Source: Batkoa obscura
Lineage: Eukaryota
Assembly (NCBI GenBank): GCA_030770535.1
Contig: JASVEC010000001.1
Location: 806,001-870,000 of the forward strand
Direction: 5' to 3'
Length of the DNA: 64,000 nucleotides
In this document: positions 1 to 14,090 of the stretch, piece after piece
How the letters are laid out: the number at the start of each line of letters is the position of its first letter
Position numbering within the stretch: position 1 is the first letter of the stretch
Notes under the pieces: model-generated
Told to the model about the DNA's origin: nothing
What the model saw: only the letters and a program-made list of their open reading frames with translations
The model's database searches: none
Made by a program: the position numbers and the translations under genes

Positions 1-27
1 AGAATAAATAACTAATATTTTGTTTAG

Positions 28-1949
28 TTGATAAAACAGAAAGTGATAAAAAACCTAATGAATCCAATAATACACCTGTGGTTAATGAAATACTTTGGGG
101 TAAATATTATTATATAATAATAATTATAATAATTAATCAATTTTAATTAAATCAGAATGTTCTCCTTATTCTTATGAAATTAGAAAAGATCAAAATACAT
201 GTTTTGCTCCTAAGATAGCTAATATAACTAAATTCCCTTCTATTGATAATTTAGAAATGGGTAAAATTGAATTTGGATTAAGAGATGAAGTCAAATGTAA
301 GGATACCTTGGAACTATTAAAAGTTCAAGTAGATGAAGCTTGCTGTAAGTTTAAATAATATTATTAATAATAGTTCTGTAATTTATTAATAATAAATCAA
401 TATTTAGCATGTGATACCAAGTTATCTTATGTGCGATCCCCTTGTACAAATGCATTATCAGCAATCGGTATTCATACAGAATCCTTAGTAGTTAGTTTTA
501 GAGATGTAGAATATGTACCAGGTATTGAAAAACAATTACATTTTGCTGATTCAATGAAAGATCATAGTAATCATCATATGAAAAAAAGAGAATTAGATAA
601 TACCAAATTTAATGATGAAAATTTAAATGACAATAATGATCCACATTATTTTTTAAGATCTTATTATCGTACTTGTAATAGAATAGAAGGAGTTCCTCCT
701 TCTATTAAAAGAAAACATTGTTGTAAGTTATATTATTTATTAATATTTATAATATATTAAATTAATTATTGATCTTTATTATTATTTATATAAAATAGCT
801 CGTCATGCTAAATTAGATAGATATGAAGTACCAGGTACAGAGGTAGAAATGTATACTAATTTTAAATCACAAAAAATACAATCCCATTTTCGTAGTGGGT
901 GCACAGTATTAGATTGTTTAAATCATTTACGTTATTTACCACCATTAACCCCAACCGAAGATAACAAATCAGATGTATTTTTAGAAGATGGTAGTATTGA
1001 TAAAAATTATGATATTTGTAAAGAAGAAATAAAAGATTGTCCATTATGGGCTTTTGGTAGTAATAGTATTTCAATCTCTGGTTATCCTGCCAATATTACT
1101 TCTTATCTTGAATTAGATATTCAAGCTAAACCAAACACAAATAGAGCTGCAATTATATTTTCATTTAGATCAATGACTCGACCATTATATGAAGGTTTAA
1201 GATTTTTATTAAATGGAGTACCTGCAATGGATTTAATTTATAATCAAACGGATAGTTTAGGTTATGCAGTTCCATTAGTACCAGGTAAATCCCATGTAGC
1301 AAGATGGGAATTTATTCGTGGTGAAGCATATCCATCAACTTCTTTTAATTTTGCAGAAATACAATCTATCATATTAAGAGATGCTTCTTTAGCTTCTCCA
1401 TCAGATACAGCCGATTTAAAATCATTAAGTCATTTAAAAAATAATATGGTTCATTTACCACCAAAAGCACCAACAAGACCAGGTTCTATTTATAGTAATA
1501 ATAACAATAATTCATCTAATTCAATTACTACTTCTATTATACCAATGATGATTATATTATTAACTGGAGTTGGTATTGCTTTATTAGGTGTTTGGTTATG
1601 GAAGAGACATTTAAAAATGAAAAAAGATGAAAATGAACATTCTTTGGGTTCTTATTCTGCTCCTTTAGGTTTTGCTGAAAGAGTAGCTCAATTTTCTTTC
1701 CCTGGTACTCAACAAAATAATAATTCAAGATATGCTCCATTATCTAAAGGTACTACAATGGATACTCCTCATGTTGAATTAAATGCTATGACTATGTTTG
1801 AAAATCATTTACCTTCTCCAAGTGATGATGAAGAAGAGGATGAACCTACTGCTTTTGATCGTACCATTTCTCCATCCACAGTTTCTACTGCATCTCAAAC
1901 TTTAAATCATAATTCACCAGAAACTAAAAATAGAGATGAACTGATCTAA
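28..1949 (+). CDS. Uncharacterised single-pass membrane protein, 5' end outside the window; at least 4 exons; Cys-rich luminal part, beta-sandwich-like domain, one TM helix, acidic tail
   Basis: Open exons joined by GT-AG introns near 100-155, 345-407 and 723-798; ORF 849-1949 has TM segment IIPMMIILLTGVGIALLGVWLW followed by KRHLKMKK. Confidence 0.75.
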
Positions 1950-2252
1950 TTGAAGTTTATTCTCTTATATTTTAGTAGTTAAATCTTAAAATCAAATTGA
2001 GATTATAATTTAACTAATAATTTAATTTTATTATTATTATATTTTGGAATTTATGTGAATGTATAAAATTAATTAAGATTAATTTTATACAACTAAAAAT
2101 TGTGTTATTTTATTAAAATATTTTTTATTCTATTTTTATTCTTATTTTATTTTACTTTAAAAACATATTTCTATTCTTTATTTAGTGTATAATAATTTTT
2201 ATTCGTATTTAAATTTCTAAATATATTTAATCAACTTCCCATCTACTGTAAT

Positions 2253-3232
2253 TTAGTGTTCTCCTTTAAATAACGATAATTCTGGTTTACTATTTCTTAA
2301 CCACCACCACCAAGCCCATTTAGGAAATAAGCTTCTTAAATTGGAAGGATTAGGGTAAATCTTTTGAACTTTGTGTAATTTAATGAATCCCTTATTATCA
2401 AAAGTATAAATAAATACAACATGATATGTTTTTCTAGGTTCCGTAGAGGTAGGGAGTAAAAGAGCTGGTCTTGGGGTGCCTTCAATAATTATTTTAACTA
2501 ATAAGTAAGGGGAAGAGTCTGAGGTTGGGGATAAAGTTGGTGGGTCTATTGAATTTAATAATGAAGTGGGGTTTAAGGGGTAAATAGAGGTTTGAGAAGC
2601 ATTTAATATGTTTTTTAAATGAGATGGGTCCATATTATTTTTATTACCTTCTTTAATTGACAAAAACTTTGCTTCAAAATCATCATTTTTATTAATAAGA
2701 TCCTCTCCATTCCCCTCCCCCGAAGGTCTTAATTGAAAATGAGTTAATTTAATAACAACATCTTGATAGTACCATAATATAGTGGTACGAATAAATTTAG
2801 CTAATAATAAATATAATTTTTTACCCTTAATTTCAATACCACTATGGTAAGGTTCTTTTAATATTATATCTTTGGAATAGATATTTGAGTTTAAAATCCC
2901 ATTGTCAAGGTAATTGTTGATATCTTCTTTTACTCCATTGATAGCTAAAAAGTAAAGGAAATGAGGTTTTAGTTACAGTTTAATGAATAATAAAATAACT
3001 TACTTTTGGCTAATTGTAATTGATATGGGCTTGCTTTTTTAAACTCGTTTTCACTGTTAAATTTCAATGTCTTGTTGTTTTTACTATTTAATTTTGGCTT
3101 ATTCAATGTAGAGTGATAAACCAGTGGAGATAATAAATTGTTTTGTTTAATATTATACTTCAGTTTCATTATAGTTGATTTATTTTTTGTAAATAACCTT
3201 ATTAGATTGGGTTTTGATAAATTAGTATTCAT
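2253..3232 (-). CDS. DUF2358/C6orf136-like (SnoaL-fold) protein with a possible mitochondrial presequence; one intron near 2946-3003
   Basis: Manual translation gives NIYSKDIILKEPYHSGIEIKGKKLY, in frame with FIYTFDNKGFIKLHKVQKIYP; basic N-terminus lacking acidic residues. Confidence 0.55.
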
Positions 3233-3604
3233 TTTATTTATTTAATATATTAAATAGTTTGCTCTAATTTTACTTCTCATCTATGAAAAAAAACAATTTT
3301 TTTAAAGGTGAAAGATTTTAATTATTTTATGACGTATGAAAGAGTTTGTAAGTTTAATTTTGACATCAAAAACTGATCAAATTATTTTTCTAGGTTTTGA
3401 CAAAATAAAGAAGACATTATAAATTTATTCTATTTTATTTTGCTGATGGTCTTAATAATAAAAACAATAAATGATAAAAACAATAGAATATTTAAAATTT
3501 TATTAAAATAAAGGGATGAATATAGTAGATAATATATAAGTTAAAAATATGCTAATATTTGATAACCTTATAATCCCTAAATTCCAATATGCTAATTCCA
3601 CTTT

Positions 3605-6600
3605 CTATTCCATAATATCGTGACCAAATGGGGTATCTTTTGAGAGCACTCTAACTCTAACAATATTACCAAGTTCATCTTCTTGCTCCAATTCTTCACG
3701 AGTATAACCCATTTCAGTTAATTTATTTGAAGATAAAAATGATTCTGTTTCATCAATCAATTCTCTTCTAGCTCTATCATTAAAATCATTTTCATTGATG
3801 CAAATAATTTCTGGTAAATTCAATTCATCATCGTTTGCACCATGTAAATTTTTTAATTCATTTTTAGCTTTAAATGTATTAATTGCTTCCAATTCCATTC
3901 TTCCTAATAAAGCAGCAAGAATATCAAATGTATTCCTTACATAAATATATTTACGGAATTTTTGTTTCATAGATTTAGCTATACTAATTTTTTGGGTTTG
4001 TATAAAAGATTCTAAAAAGGTAGATATAGCAAAATCTAGATCATCTTTACGTACATGATCTCTTAAATGCATGCGAGCTACTGCTTCTGACATTCTAATA
4101 ATGGATTCTAAATGACGAACAGTAATAGTTAAACCGCCACCTCTTAAAGCTTCAGAACGAAGTTCAGCAAAAAAAGTGGACATTTTATCGGCATTAACAT
4201 GTAACAATGTTGGTTTACATCTTTCACGAGCATAAGTAATATACTTACGTAGTAAATCTTGTGGAATTGGGCTTAAATTACTATTATTAGTTTGTGATTC
4301 ACTCATATTATCATTTTCTTCATTTAAATAAGGATGACTATTATCATGAGAATTAATAACAAAATGAGCTAACATAGCATCTTGAGTAAAATCAATTACA
4401 TCTCGAACAATACAAACTAAATCAAAACGTGATAAAATAGGTTCCGTTAAATTTACATTTAAAGTTAATGGATTTAAAGCATTATATCTTCCACGAATTG
4501 GATTGGCTGCTGCAATAATAGAACATCTTGCTTGTAAACTAGTAACAATACCCGCTTTTGATATACTAATAGATTGTTGTTCCATAGCTTCATGAATAGA
4601 AGTACGATCTTGTTCATTCATTTTATCAAATTCATCAATTAAACAAACGCCTTGATCAGCTAATACTAAAGCACCACCTTCTAAAGTCCATTCTCTAGTT
4701 ACTGGATCTTTACGTACAGAAGCAGTTAAACCAACAGCAGAAGCACCTTGACCAGTAGCATAAACACATCGATGAGCTGTTTTTTCAGCATATTTTAAAA
4801 ATTGAGATTTAGCAGTACCTGGATCACCAAGCAATAAGACATTGATATCACCACGTAAATAATGATTTCCACCAGTTTCTTTTTGTACACCACCAAATAA
4901 AGACATAGCCATACAAGTTTTGATATCTCGATGACCAAAGATAGAGGGTGCAATCGATTGTATAATTTTTTCTCTTACATTATCATCTTGTGATAATTCT
5001 TTAATCCTTTTTTCATCTTCTTCACTAATCTTAGATAGCGTATTTTGCTTCAATTTGACTATATGATTTGCTTCGACAATGGTTGAAAACACTGGGAACC
5101 CATACTTATTGTTTAATGATGAATCTAAGTTATTCATATAGATACCAGTAACTTGAATTTCTTCTCCTGGTTTAATGGAATCAACTAAATCCCATAATAA
5201 AATCACTTCTCTATGACGTGGTAAACGTCCTGGTGGTACAGTTCCCGGTGTTTCTTGAAGGGTAATCTTTTGGTAATTACGATAAACGGTCTAATAAAAT
5301 GATTTAATTTAACCTTAACAAAGTTTAATAAAATTTTAAATTACCTGTTCACTACAAAAAAGGAAAGGACCTTTGGATTCGCAATTATGACAATTACCCA
5401 CTTTAACTTCCCCCATAGCTGAAGGATCTTGATAATAAGGACCAAGGATTACGTTACATTTTCCACATTGAAATTTGACATATTTAAGTTGAGGAAAGAT
5501 AGATGATCTTCTTGAAACTACACCAAAGATTTTAACTAAGGTATTTAAATGAACTTGACGAAGATCACGTAGTGACAAATTTGTTGGTACATCATTAATA
5601 CGACAATGAATTTCTGAGTGAATTTTATCATAATCAACAAAGTTTTTTAATACGATTTCAAATGCGACATCATCAAATATTTGTATCATGGTGCGTGGGG
5701 CATGGGTTAAAATGTAAGCTAGTACTGGATTATGGGCGAATAAATCATTATAGGAAATTTCGAGGGTTTCATTATTTCCTTAAAAGAAGAGTTAGTAAAT
5801 TTAAAAAAAAAGTTTAAATATTACCTTCTCCAAGAGCTCTAATTTTATCTTTATAAATGGCACGCCCGGTTTTTTCATCAATATGTAATAAGAAATCTTT
5901 AAATTTTTTATTAATAGCTCTTCTTGGTCCTTCCATAGCAACCCATTCAGCAATACTAGAAGCTTTAACATCATTCAAATCTTCTAATGTAATATCCAAA
6001 TCCTAATTTTTATTTAGTTGTTAGTATTATTTTAAAAATCATTTAGATACTTACAATTTCATCATCATTATCGATTTTAATATCATCAAGACCAAGTAGT
6101 TTACGACGGCGTCTTTTTTCAAATGTTGGATCTTCCATACCAGTTCCTATAAATACATTAGAAAAAAATGTACTTTATTGATTAAAATAGTCTATACCAC
6201 TACCAAGAATAGCTCCTGGTTCACGATTAAGTTGACGATCGCGTACCTCTAAATAAGTATCAACTTCTCGGCGTTGACCAATATCCATAGCTTCATAAAC
6301 ACTATCATCTAAATCAGCTTGTTCATATTGATCAAGGCCTGGATTGGGAAGATAATCACTAATAAATGTTAGCTGAATTACTTTAAAGTAAATAAGAATT
6401 TGTTACTTTGCGGCGTCAGGACCAAACAAATCTTCTCCAATCTCGTCTTCCGAGTCAGGTAAAACCCCAAGACCATATTCGGAATTAGGTATATTTTCGG
6501 GTATTTCAGATTCATCCACTTCTTGATCTTCAAACAACTCTTGTGTATTATCAACGTTATAAAAACCAGGTGTTCCTGGAGTATGTCCTTGTGGACTATC

Positions 6601-6758
6601 CTCTTGCTCTTCACCTGCTGGTGAATTGATGTCGGATGGTGTACCAATTCGACTGTTTCGATTGTTTCTATTGTCTCTGGTTCTCTTGTTATTTTGTGAC
6701 TAAATAAGTAGGGTCAATATTTTTTATGCCTATGATTTAAATTGGGTTTTGTTACCAT
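3605..6758 (-). CDS. MCM2: DNA replication licensing factor Mcm2, multi-exon
   Basis: GDPGTAKS Walker A, IDEFDKM, SRFD, C4 zinc finger, acidic N-terminal extension, [27 protein letters not shown]; first coding exon is only ATG (6756-6758). Confidence 0.97.
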
Positions 6759-7149
6759 TATAAAAAAGTCAAGATTGTAATTTTATTTTTTGTTGGTTTT
6801 ATAAAATATTCCAATTATTAGAATTTATCAATTTATTTTTTTTCGTTCAATAAGATGCTTCGAATTTAAAATTAATTCATCCAATAAAATGAATTCGGAC
6901 ATCCCTTAATTTGTTAGAATAAAGTGAGCTAATATTGTCAAAATACTACAATACCATAGTTTCTGTAACACATTAAACTTTTCAACTCTCATATTGCTTT
7001 CGTATTATAGTTATTTATCAATAAAATTACTTTAGTTTTGATAAGTAATTAAATTGCTTTATATAAGGTTTAAATTATGGCCCAAAAGAGTATAATATTT
7101 TTATTAAAAGCGACAACCCTTACCACATTGATTCCCTAATACTACCTAC

Positions 7150-7640
7150 TATTTGATAATTAAAAGCAATAACGTTATTTTCTATTAATACCTGCTCTCA
7201 GCCCAATTAAAAAAGGCGTGAAGTTCCTATGAAGTTGAGACTTTTTTCTTTAAGCTATCGTTCTGGTTTAAGCTTATTAAATTCTTTCAATACTCGGCTT
7301 ATACTGATAATAGTTAATATTAATTATAATAGCCGTCTATATAAAACACAATGTATCAAAATTTTACTATTGTTGTATTCTATAAAAAATACCGTTCCCG
7401 GAATAAAACAATCTTTGAATACTTTACCATCTTTAGGTACAACGTTAAGTAAATTACAAGGTATAACTGGAAACACTTTTGATCTTCCAGATTATGCTGC
7501 GCCCAAATAACTACATTCTTTAATTTAATAAAATTGAATTGATTTCGATAAATAAAGTATTCTTTTAGATCACTCTTCAATTTCATCAAACCTGCGGATG
7601 TTTAGTTAAAAGATAAAGTATCCTACTAAACAGTTTAATA
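7150..7640 (-). pseudogene. Degraded cytochrome P450 C-terminal half
   Basis: Frame-broken translation TKHPQV / MKLKSDLKEYF / CSYLGAA*SGRSKVFPVIPCNLLNVVPKDGKVFKDCFIPGT / KLKPER* / IGLRAGI matches the J-K helices, PERF and heme loop with the Cys lost. Confidence 0.65.
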
Positions 7641-7738
7641 TGACTTAACATTGAATAATCATAGATGATACAGTACTAAAGAATTCGATTTTGTATCGGG
7701 TTTCGCACTTCTATTTAATTTATCAATAATGTTTTCTG

Positions 7739-7739
<1 letters not shown>

Positions 7740-7775
<36 letters not shown>
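7740..7775. repeat. (TTA)n microsatellite, about 12 units
   Basis: Direct reading. Confidence 0.95.
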
Positions 7776-7776
<1 letters not shown>

Positions 7777-8160
7777 AGTTGAGGTAGTCATTGTTCTACT
7801 ATTTCTCTTCCATTTGGTTTTTTCCTTTATCTGCATTTGATCCATTGGTTAGCGTGTTTAAAATGGTAATTTTATCCGAAATCTCTTTTTCATTTTCGAT
7901 AGCTTCATATGCAAACAATAACTATTCAGTAAAGTTGAGCTATAGTATTAGATTACCGCACTTTCCTTTAAATACTCAATGTACAGTATCGATTTGCCTG
8001 AAAAACTTGGTAAAAGTAAGCTTTTATAATTATATTCTTTAATAACTGATTAATATTAATATAGAAATATTACTTTTTCACAACGAACTTTTTTGTTTTT
8101 ATAAAACATTAGTTTGCTAGTAGTAGTCAATATAAGCTCTATCTACCTAATACTAAATAT

Positions 8161-8253
8161 GGGAATGTATTTTTTTAAAAAATTTTACTAACTTTTCCAC
8201 TCAAATAGCGCTTAAAAAATGGAAAAGGTGATGAAACCAAAAAAAACATCCTC
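8161..8253 (-). mobile_element. MITE family A, copy 1
   Basis: GGGAATGTATTTTT...AAAAAACATCCTC with ATAT on both sides; core CTCAAATAGCGCTTAAAA. Confidence 0.9.
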
Positions 8254-8259
8254 ATATGG

Positions 8260-8452
8260 TCTCGCTAAAAATTTGAAAGATATTATAAAAAGCTATTTTC
8301 TTAAAAGAACAAGTAGGACATACTTTCTTTGCTACAACATCCAATGCAATTGATAGATCATTCCAGCTTAGTACAACTGCATTGATTTTTATGGTTATAA
8401 TTCTACCACTTTTATTATTTGTTCGAATAATGTCTTCAAGTCTTTGATGCAA
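8260..8452 (-). pseudogene. Possible relic of a Gypsy/Ginger-type integrase zinc-binding domain
   Basis: IIRTNNKSGRIIT...SWNDLSIALDVVAKKVCPTC resembles the H2C2 pattern (G..T..W..L..V..CxxC) without the His residues; truncated by MITE copy 1. Confidence 0.3.
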
Positions 8453-8991
8453 TTTTATTAATATAAATGATAACTACCAGTAAACGTACGAATTCTGTAA
8501 ATTATTAGAAATATTAAGTTTATCAATAAACCTGATGCTTTTCTTAATTGATCAAAATATACATTGTATATTTTAGCATAAGCCGGATATGATAGCAAAA
8601 CAACCATGATATAAAAAATAAGAGTAAATAAACTTTCATTATTATTATTTTATACATATTTTTAAAGGAAATTACAATATAAAAGTCAAATAAGAAATGT
8701 GAATATTCTAATATAAATGTACAGGATAGGCAAGGTTTTAATGACTATCTTTGAAAAAGCTACAAAAGTTTAAGGATGAAAAACAAAAAAATAAAAAAAA
8801 TAACAGTTCTATTCAAAATCAATTATAAAATAAAAGTGTAATATATTTTTATTAAATATTGAAAATTAATATCTCTGGGCTTTATGAAGTAAAATTGTAT
8901 ATATACTAGTAAAATAAAAATAATAAATGAAAACATAAAATAAAATAACACAAAAATAACAAAATATAACAAACAAATCTTTTTTTCATAT

Positions 8992-9090
8992 GGGAGTGTA
9001 TTTTTTTGTTTAAGAATTTTACTAACAATCTTTCCGCTGAAATAGCACTTAAAAAATGGAAAAAGTAATGAAGCCAAAAAAAACACCCCC
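8992..9090 (-). mobile_element. MITE family A, copy 2
   Basis: 99 bp, GGGAGTGTA...ACACCCCC, same core. Confidence 0.9.
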
Positions 9091-9724
9091 ATTATTATTA
9101 ATATAAAAGCAGCAATATCACTTATCGCTAAAAATTAAGCTAAATTACTAGCTTTAATATGATTTATTATAAATTATAGTATTAACAAATAAACAGTTTT
9201 ATTACCTCATAAAATATTTTATTTCTACTTATTTTTAAGTTATCAAAAACAGCTGATTAAAAGAATTTATATATAAAATCAGCTTTTAGCTAAATAAAGC
9301 TTTAGAAAACCAAATAAGCAAATATCTGGCTTAAAAGATTGCTGTAAATTAAGTTGTAATAGAATTACAAGCAGCTGTAGTTAAAATTTAATTAATGTTT
9401 AATATTTAAATATAATTTTTTTGTTTATTAAAAACGTATTTTCGTTTGATGTTTAAAACTCTACAATATAGATTTAATAACTTGTAATTACAATTAAATT
9501 TAATATTAAATAAATCAGCTGTAGTATTAGTCAAACTTATTTTATTAGTTATAAAAATTAATTAAGTTTAACAATTAAGAACTTAGAATTAACTGCAGTT
9601 AATTCTATCATTAGAAAGAGAAGAACTGGAGATAGTTGGCTTAAGCCAATCAGCTTAAAGTTACGAAATTGGCACTTTAATAAAACTAGCTACAGCTATT
9701 TTTTAGAAAGTAAAATAATCTCAA

Positions 9725-12700
9725 ATGAGCCACAGTAAAAAAGAAAGTGGAGGGAAAAGTAGCCATCTATCGAAATTCAATCCAATCCCTTATCTGTTAA
9801 CGAAGAGCACTTCCAGTACTAAAGAAAATAAAAATGGTTTAGATAAGTTTGCTACCATTGGTGATAAAAACAGTAGTTTAAAAGCAATAGCTATGGACTC
9901 TAGAAGTACATTGAACGGTAACAGTCCGTTTTTAGATCAAAAGAAGGATTACAATACCGTAAAAATTAACCCGTTTTTAGCAGCGGAGAGTCATGATAGT
10001 AACAATAATAGTTTAAATCGGAGTTATACATTGAACTCAAGGAGTATGAGTAAGGTTAAATCACTAAATAATTTGAAACAAGAAATGGGAGACTTGAGTA
10101 AAAATCATTCTTTGAATGCAGTTAAAAAGGATAAAATCAGGCCGATCAAATCATCATTTTTAAAAAACTCAACAAACACCTTTTCGAGTATGTTCCCAAA
10201 GATGGATTTTTTCAGTAAGAGCAACTCATATAAAGAAGAGAGTATAATCACAAGATCCATCTCAGAAAATATTAAAAATGAGGAAGAAGAAACAGGTAAT
10301 GGATTTTTTATTGTTATAGAGTATTAAACAAACCTTATTTCAACCAATTATTAGCGAAAGCGGAGTTAATCGCAAGGTCAGCTTCAGAACAAATATTTAC
10401 AGAAGAGCCATGCGATGAATATGAAGATGAAGAACCTTCAATCTCTTATTTGAATGACAACTCAGCTTATGAGTGGATCAACCAAGCTTTAACACAAGAT
10501 TCGGATATCTATTCAACAAAACAAGTGTTTGTTTACGGGGCTTTATTTTCCGAAGTATCATATTATTTTTATGAGTATTTATTTCATCAAAGTCAAAATA
10601 CATGGCCCAAACTATTTAGTGGCAGTGAAGCAATAGTAAATTTAGTTTTAGTTTAGTTTAAGAATTAATCAAATATTAGGACACGATATGTAAAATCATT
10701 GACCAAACAGATCGAAAGTTGGCGTTGCTGATAGGGAGGTCTTTAGAAGCTCAAGGTTTTATTTATCATACAAACCACGAAGCAAAATTGACGGATTCTA
10801 CATATGAAATTTACCAATTAGATATAAAGTTAGAAAATAAAAATTTAAACGAAGCTAAAGCGGTACTACCCAATGGAGTATTCACTTTATTGACTGAGTG
10901 TTATTCCCCTACATGTACAGATGATAATAGATGTTATTCAATATCATGTCCTAGAAAAGTCAATCATTTAGGAATGACTATTCATGATAATCATGATCAT
11001 AACCAAGCCAGCGATAAGAAAAAAGAAAAAGTAAATTTATATATAAATGCTTTGTTATTATTAATATTTTGAAAGTTATGGGAAAACTTCGTTGAGCCTG
11101 AAATAGTAGCTTCGGTGTCAGATAAAGAAAGAAAAAGACAAGAGATTATCTTTGAACTAGTATATACGGAATTGGACTTTGTGTCGGATTTGAAAGTGAT
11201 CCAAGAGGTAATTTAAGCACAATATAAAATTAGTGGCATTGTTAAATGTACCTAGGTCTATCTGATGCCGATCCATTGTGAAGATATTATAGAAGATGAA
11301 GAGCAACGAAGTAGCTTTATTGAAGAAGTCTTCTTGAATGTTTTGGAAATCCAAAAGGCCTCCTTTGAATTATCTATGGCTTTAAAAGAGTTACAAGAAC
11401 AGCAGCCTGTAATTGTTTCAATCGGGAAGTTGTTTTTGGATTATTTGAAGTGCTTTGAGCCTTTTAAAGAATATGGCGCTAATCAAGTGTATGCTAAGAG
11501 GAGATTAGCTAGAGATATTAAATCTAATACAGCTTTAGATGAGTTTCTTAAAGTAAAGTTTATTATTGGCCAAATCAATTATATTAATGTAGCTTTCTAT
11601 TTAGGAACAAACCAAGCACCCAGAGTGTAGAAAATTACCTATACAGAGTTTTTTAGCAAGACCAACGACTAGATTAGGTCGATATCCTCTGCTTTTAGAA
11701 GCCATATTAAAATACACAGAAGCAGAAAATGAAGATCAAGTTAATTTACCTAAAGTTATACAAGGAATCAAAGATATATTATCTGAGATCAATATAAGGG
11801 CAGGAAAAGCAGACAATCGAGTTAAATTGGAAGATTTGCATTCCCATTTGATTGGAAACCAAGAAATTATTGATGTAAATATTGTTAAACCATCATTAAT
11901 AGTTGGCTCATAATGTTTTTAATAGGAATTAAATTTACTACATGAATCAAGGATATTAATAAGGGAAGGGGTCTTTAAGAAAAAGTTTGGGGTAGAAAAT
12001 GGGGATTTGCACTGTTTTTTGTTGGATCACTATTTTTTGATGACTAAGAAGCGTAAAAGCAGTAAAAAAGAAGATGGATTTGAATATAAAATATCTAAAA
12101 AGGTAAGGAAACATATATTACTAGAATAGCCATAATATTTACATTGATATTTATAGCCTATCCGGTTAGACCTATTACATTTACCTGACCATTTGGAAAC
12201 ACCGCAGAACAAAACACAAGCTACAAATGCGCTAAGCTTGCCTTTAGAACAGGGAAAATCTAACTTTCAAATCATTTTAACTCATCTTGGTAAGCAGGGA
12301 TCAAGTTATACCTTATTATGCAGTACACAAACAGAAAAGGATGGCTGGAAGAATATTATTCTAGAACAAAGAAACAAAATTTTGCTAAAAAATATGGTGT
12401 TCAAGCCTGTACTCTTGGCTAATCCTACCAATTGTAGTGCACCTACAATTAATTGTTCCGCTGTCTATGGTAACTTTTGTTATAAATTATTTTTAATTAG
12501 GCTTAACCTGCTGTCTTAATAGAAACCAATTGTACATTGCTGATTGGGTCGGATGATGGGATCTATTCAAAGCATGTGGATCAAGATAGCTTTGAATTAT
12601 TGATTAATACAAAGTTTGTCAATCAAGTTGAAGTGTTGGAAGATTGTGATTTGTTATTAGTGTTAGCAGGTAAAAATAATATAAGATAATTTATAAGTAT

Positions 12701-13731
12701 GTATTTAAAAATCAATATTATAGAACGTATATTATATTATATAACCTTAAGTAGTTTATATGGTCCAGACGATAAAAAGGAATTAGTTAAAATCAAAACA
12801 AATATTGATTTCTTTTCGGTTGGTTTGTGTTTAGAAAGGACATTGATATGTGCTGTAAAGTCAACGGCCTTATCTACCACATTTAAAATTTATCAACCCA
12901 CTAATTCTAGTCCTAAAAAAGGAGCTAATGTCCCAAAATCCTTTTTTTCTACCTTTTCGACTTCTTCCAGTCAGTTAGTTGCTTTTTTTAAAGTAAGTTT
13001 TTAATTCAAAACGTACTTTTATTAATTTGTTTATTTTTATTATAGGAGTTTTATATTCCTAGTGAAGCTTTCAATGTCTATTTTTTAAAGAGTAAAATAT
13101 GTGTTGCTTGTACCCGCGGGTTTGAAGTGTTGGATTTCAATCTTAATCCACAAAGTAAACTATGATAATGATTATATTTAAATACATAACATTAATTATT
13201 TTTAGGTCTATTAGATCCTTCAGATGAAAACTTAAATTTTGTAATTAATCGAGGAGAAACAGTTAAGCCTATTGCATTTTATAGGATTAAAGATGGTTCT
13301 TTTTTTGTTTGCTTTGATGGTAAATAATAATATTGTTCATTTTAGTTAGATTAAACAAAATAATTTAAATAGAATTCGGGTTCCATATTGACAGAGCAGG
13401 TAAATTAGATACGAATGGACAAGTAATTAATTGGTATGGTGCACCCAAATCCTTTGCTTTGTGCTATCCATTTTTGATGGCCTTTTCAAACTGTTTTATT
13501 GAGGTATGGAACTTGGAGAATTTTCAATTAGAACAAACGATATTATCCAACTCAATCAAAGCTTTAAGAACTAAAAGTGACGCTATTCACTATTTAGAAA
13601 ACCATGATACTTATCAATTAAATGGATTGCTTCTAAATAAAACAAACCCTTCTTATTTGGCTTTTAGAAAAGGCCTTAGATCGCAAAGAGTTAATAAAAG
13701 GAGAGGGATTGTTGGTAAAGATGCCCTTTAA
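9725..13731 (+). CDS. Rom1/Rom2/Rgf-type Rho guanine nucleotide exchange factor (DEP-DH-PH-CNH), multi-exon
   Basis: LPNGVFTLLTECYSPTC..CYSISCP, ERKRQEIIFELVYTE, RPTTRLGRYPLLLE, C-terminal CNH-like exons. Confidence 0.92.
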
Positions 13732-14090
13732 TTCAAATTTAATCATATCCCAAAATACTCACTCTATCTTTTTCTTCTCCTTTTCTTCTCCTTTTCTTTC
13801 CGTCTTAATTTTCACAAACTTAATTTAATAAATAGTGTTTTTAAATAGCGACTGTTAAAGTTTAATATTATTGCCATTAAATGAGCTTGAGTAATAAAGT
13901 ACAAGTAAGTATTAGCTGTTTAAAATTTATAAAATAGTTACAAATTAATAAATTTAAAGCTTATTCTCAATATTTACTCGAATTTTAAATTAAGATCAAA
14001 ACAGAGCCTTATGATTGGCCTGTCACTAAAGACCAATAAAAATTTAAGGGATAATTTTGTGCAGCTTTGAATTAACTTTTTTTAACAAAA

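Noticed and set aside
6756..6758. ATG-only first coding exons in MCM2 and the myosin light chain (both ATG|GTAAC)
   Set aside because: Start-codon introns are common in intron-rich fungi
7229..7589. ORFs first read as a Tc1 transposase (VVIW)
   Set aside because: Another frame fits a P450 relic much better
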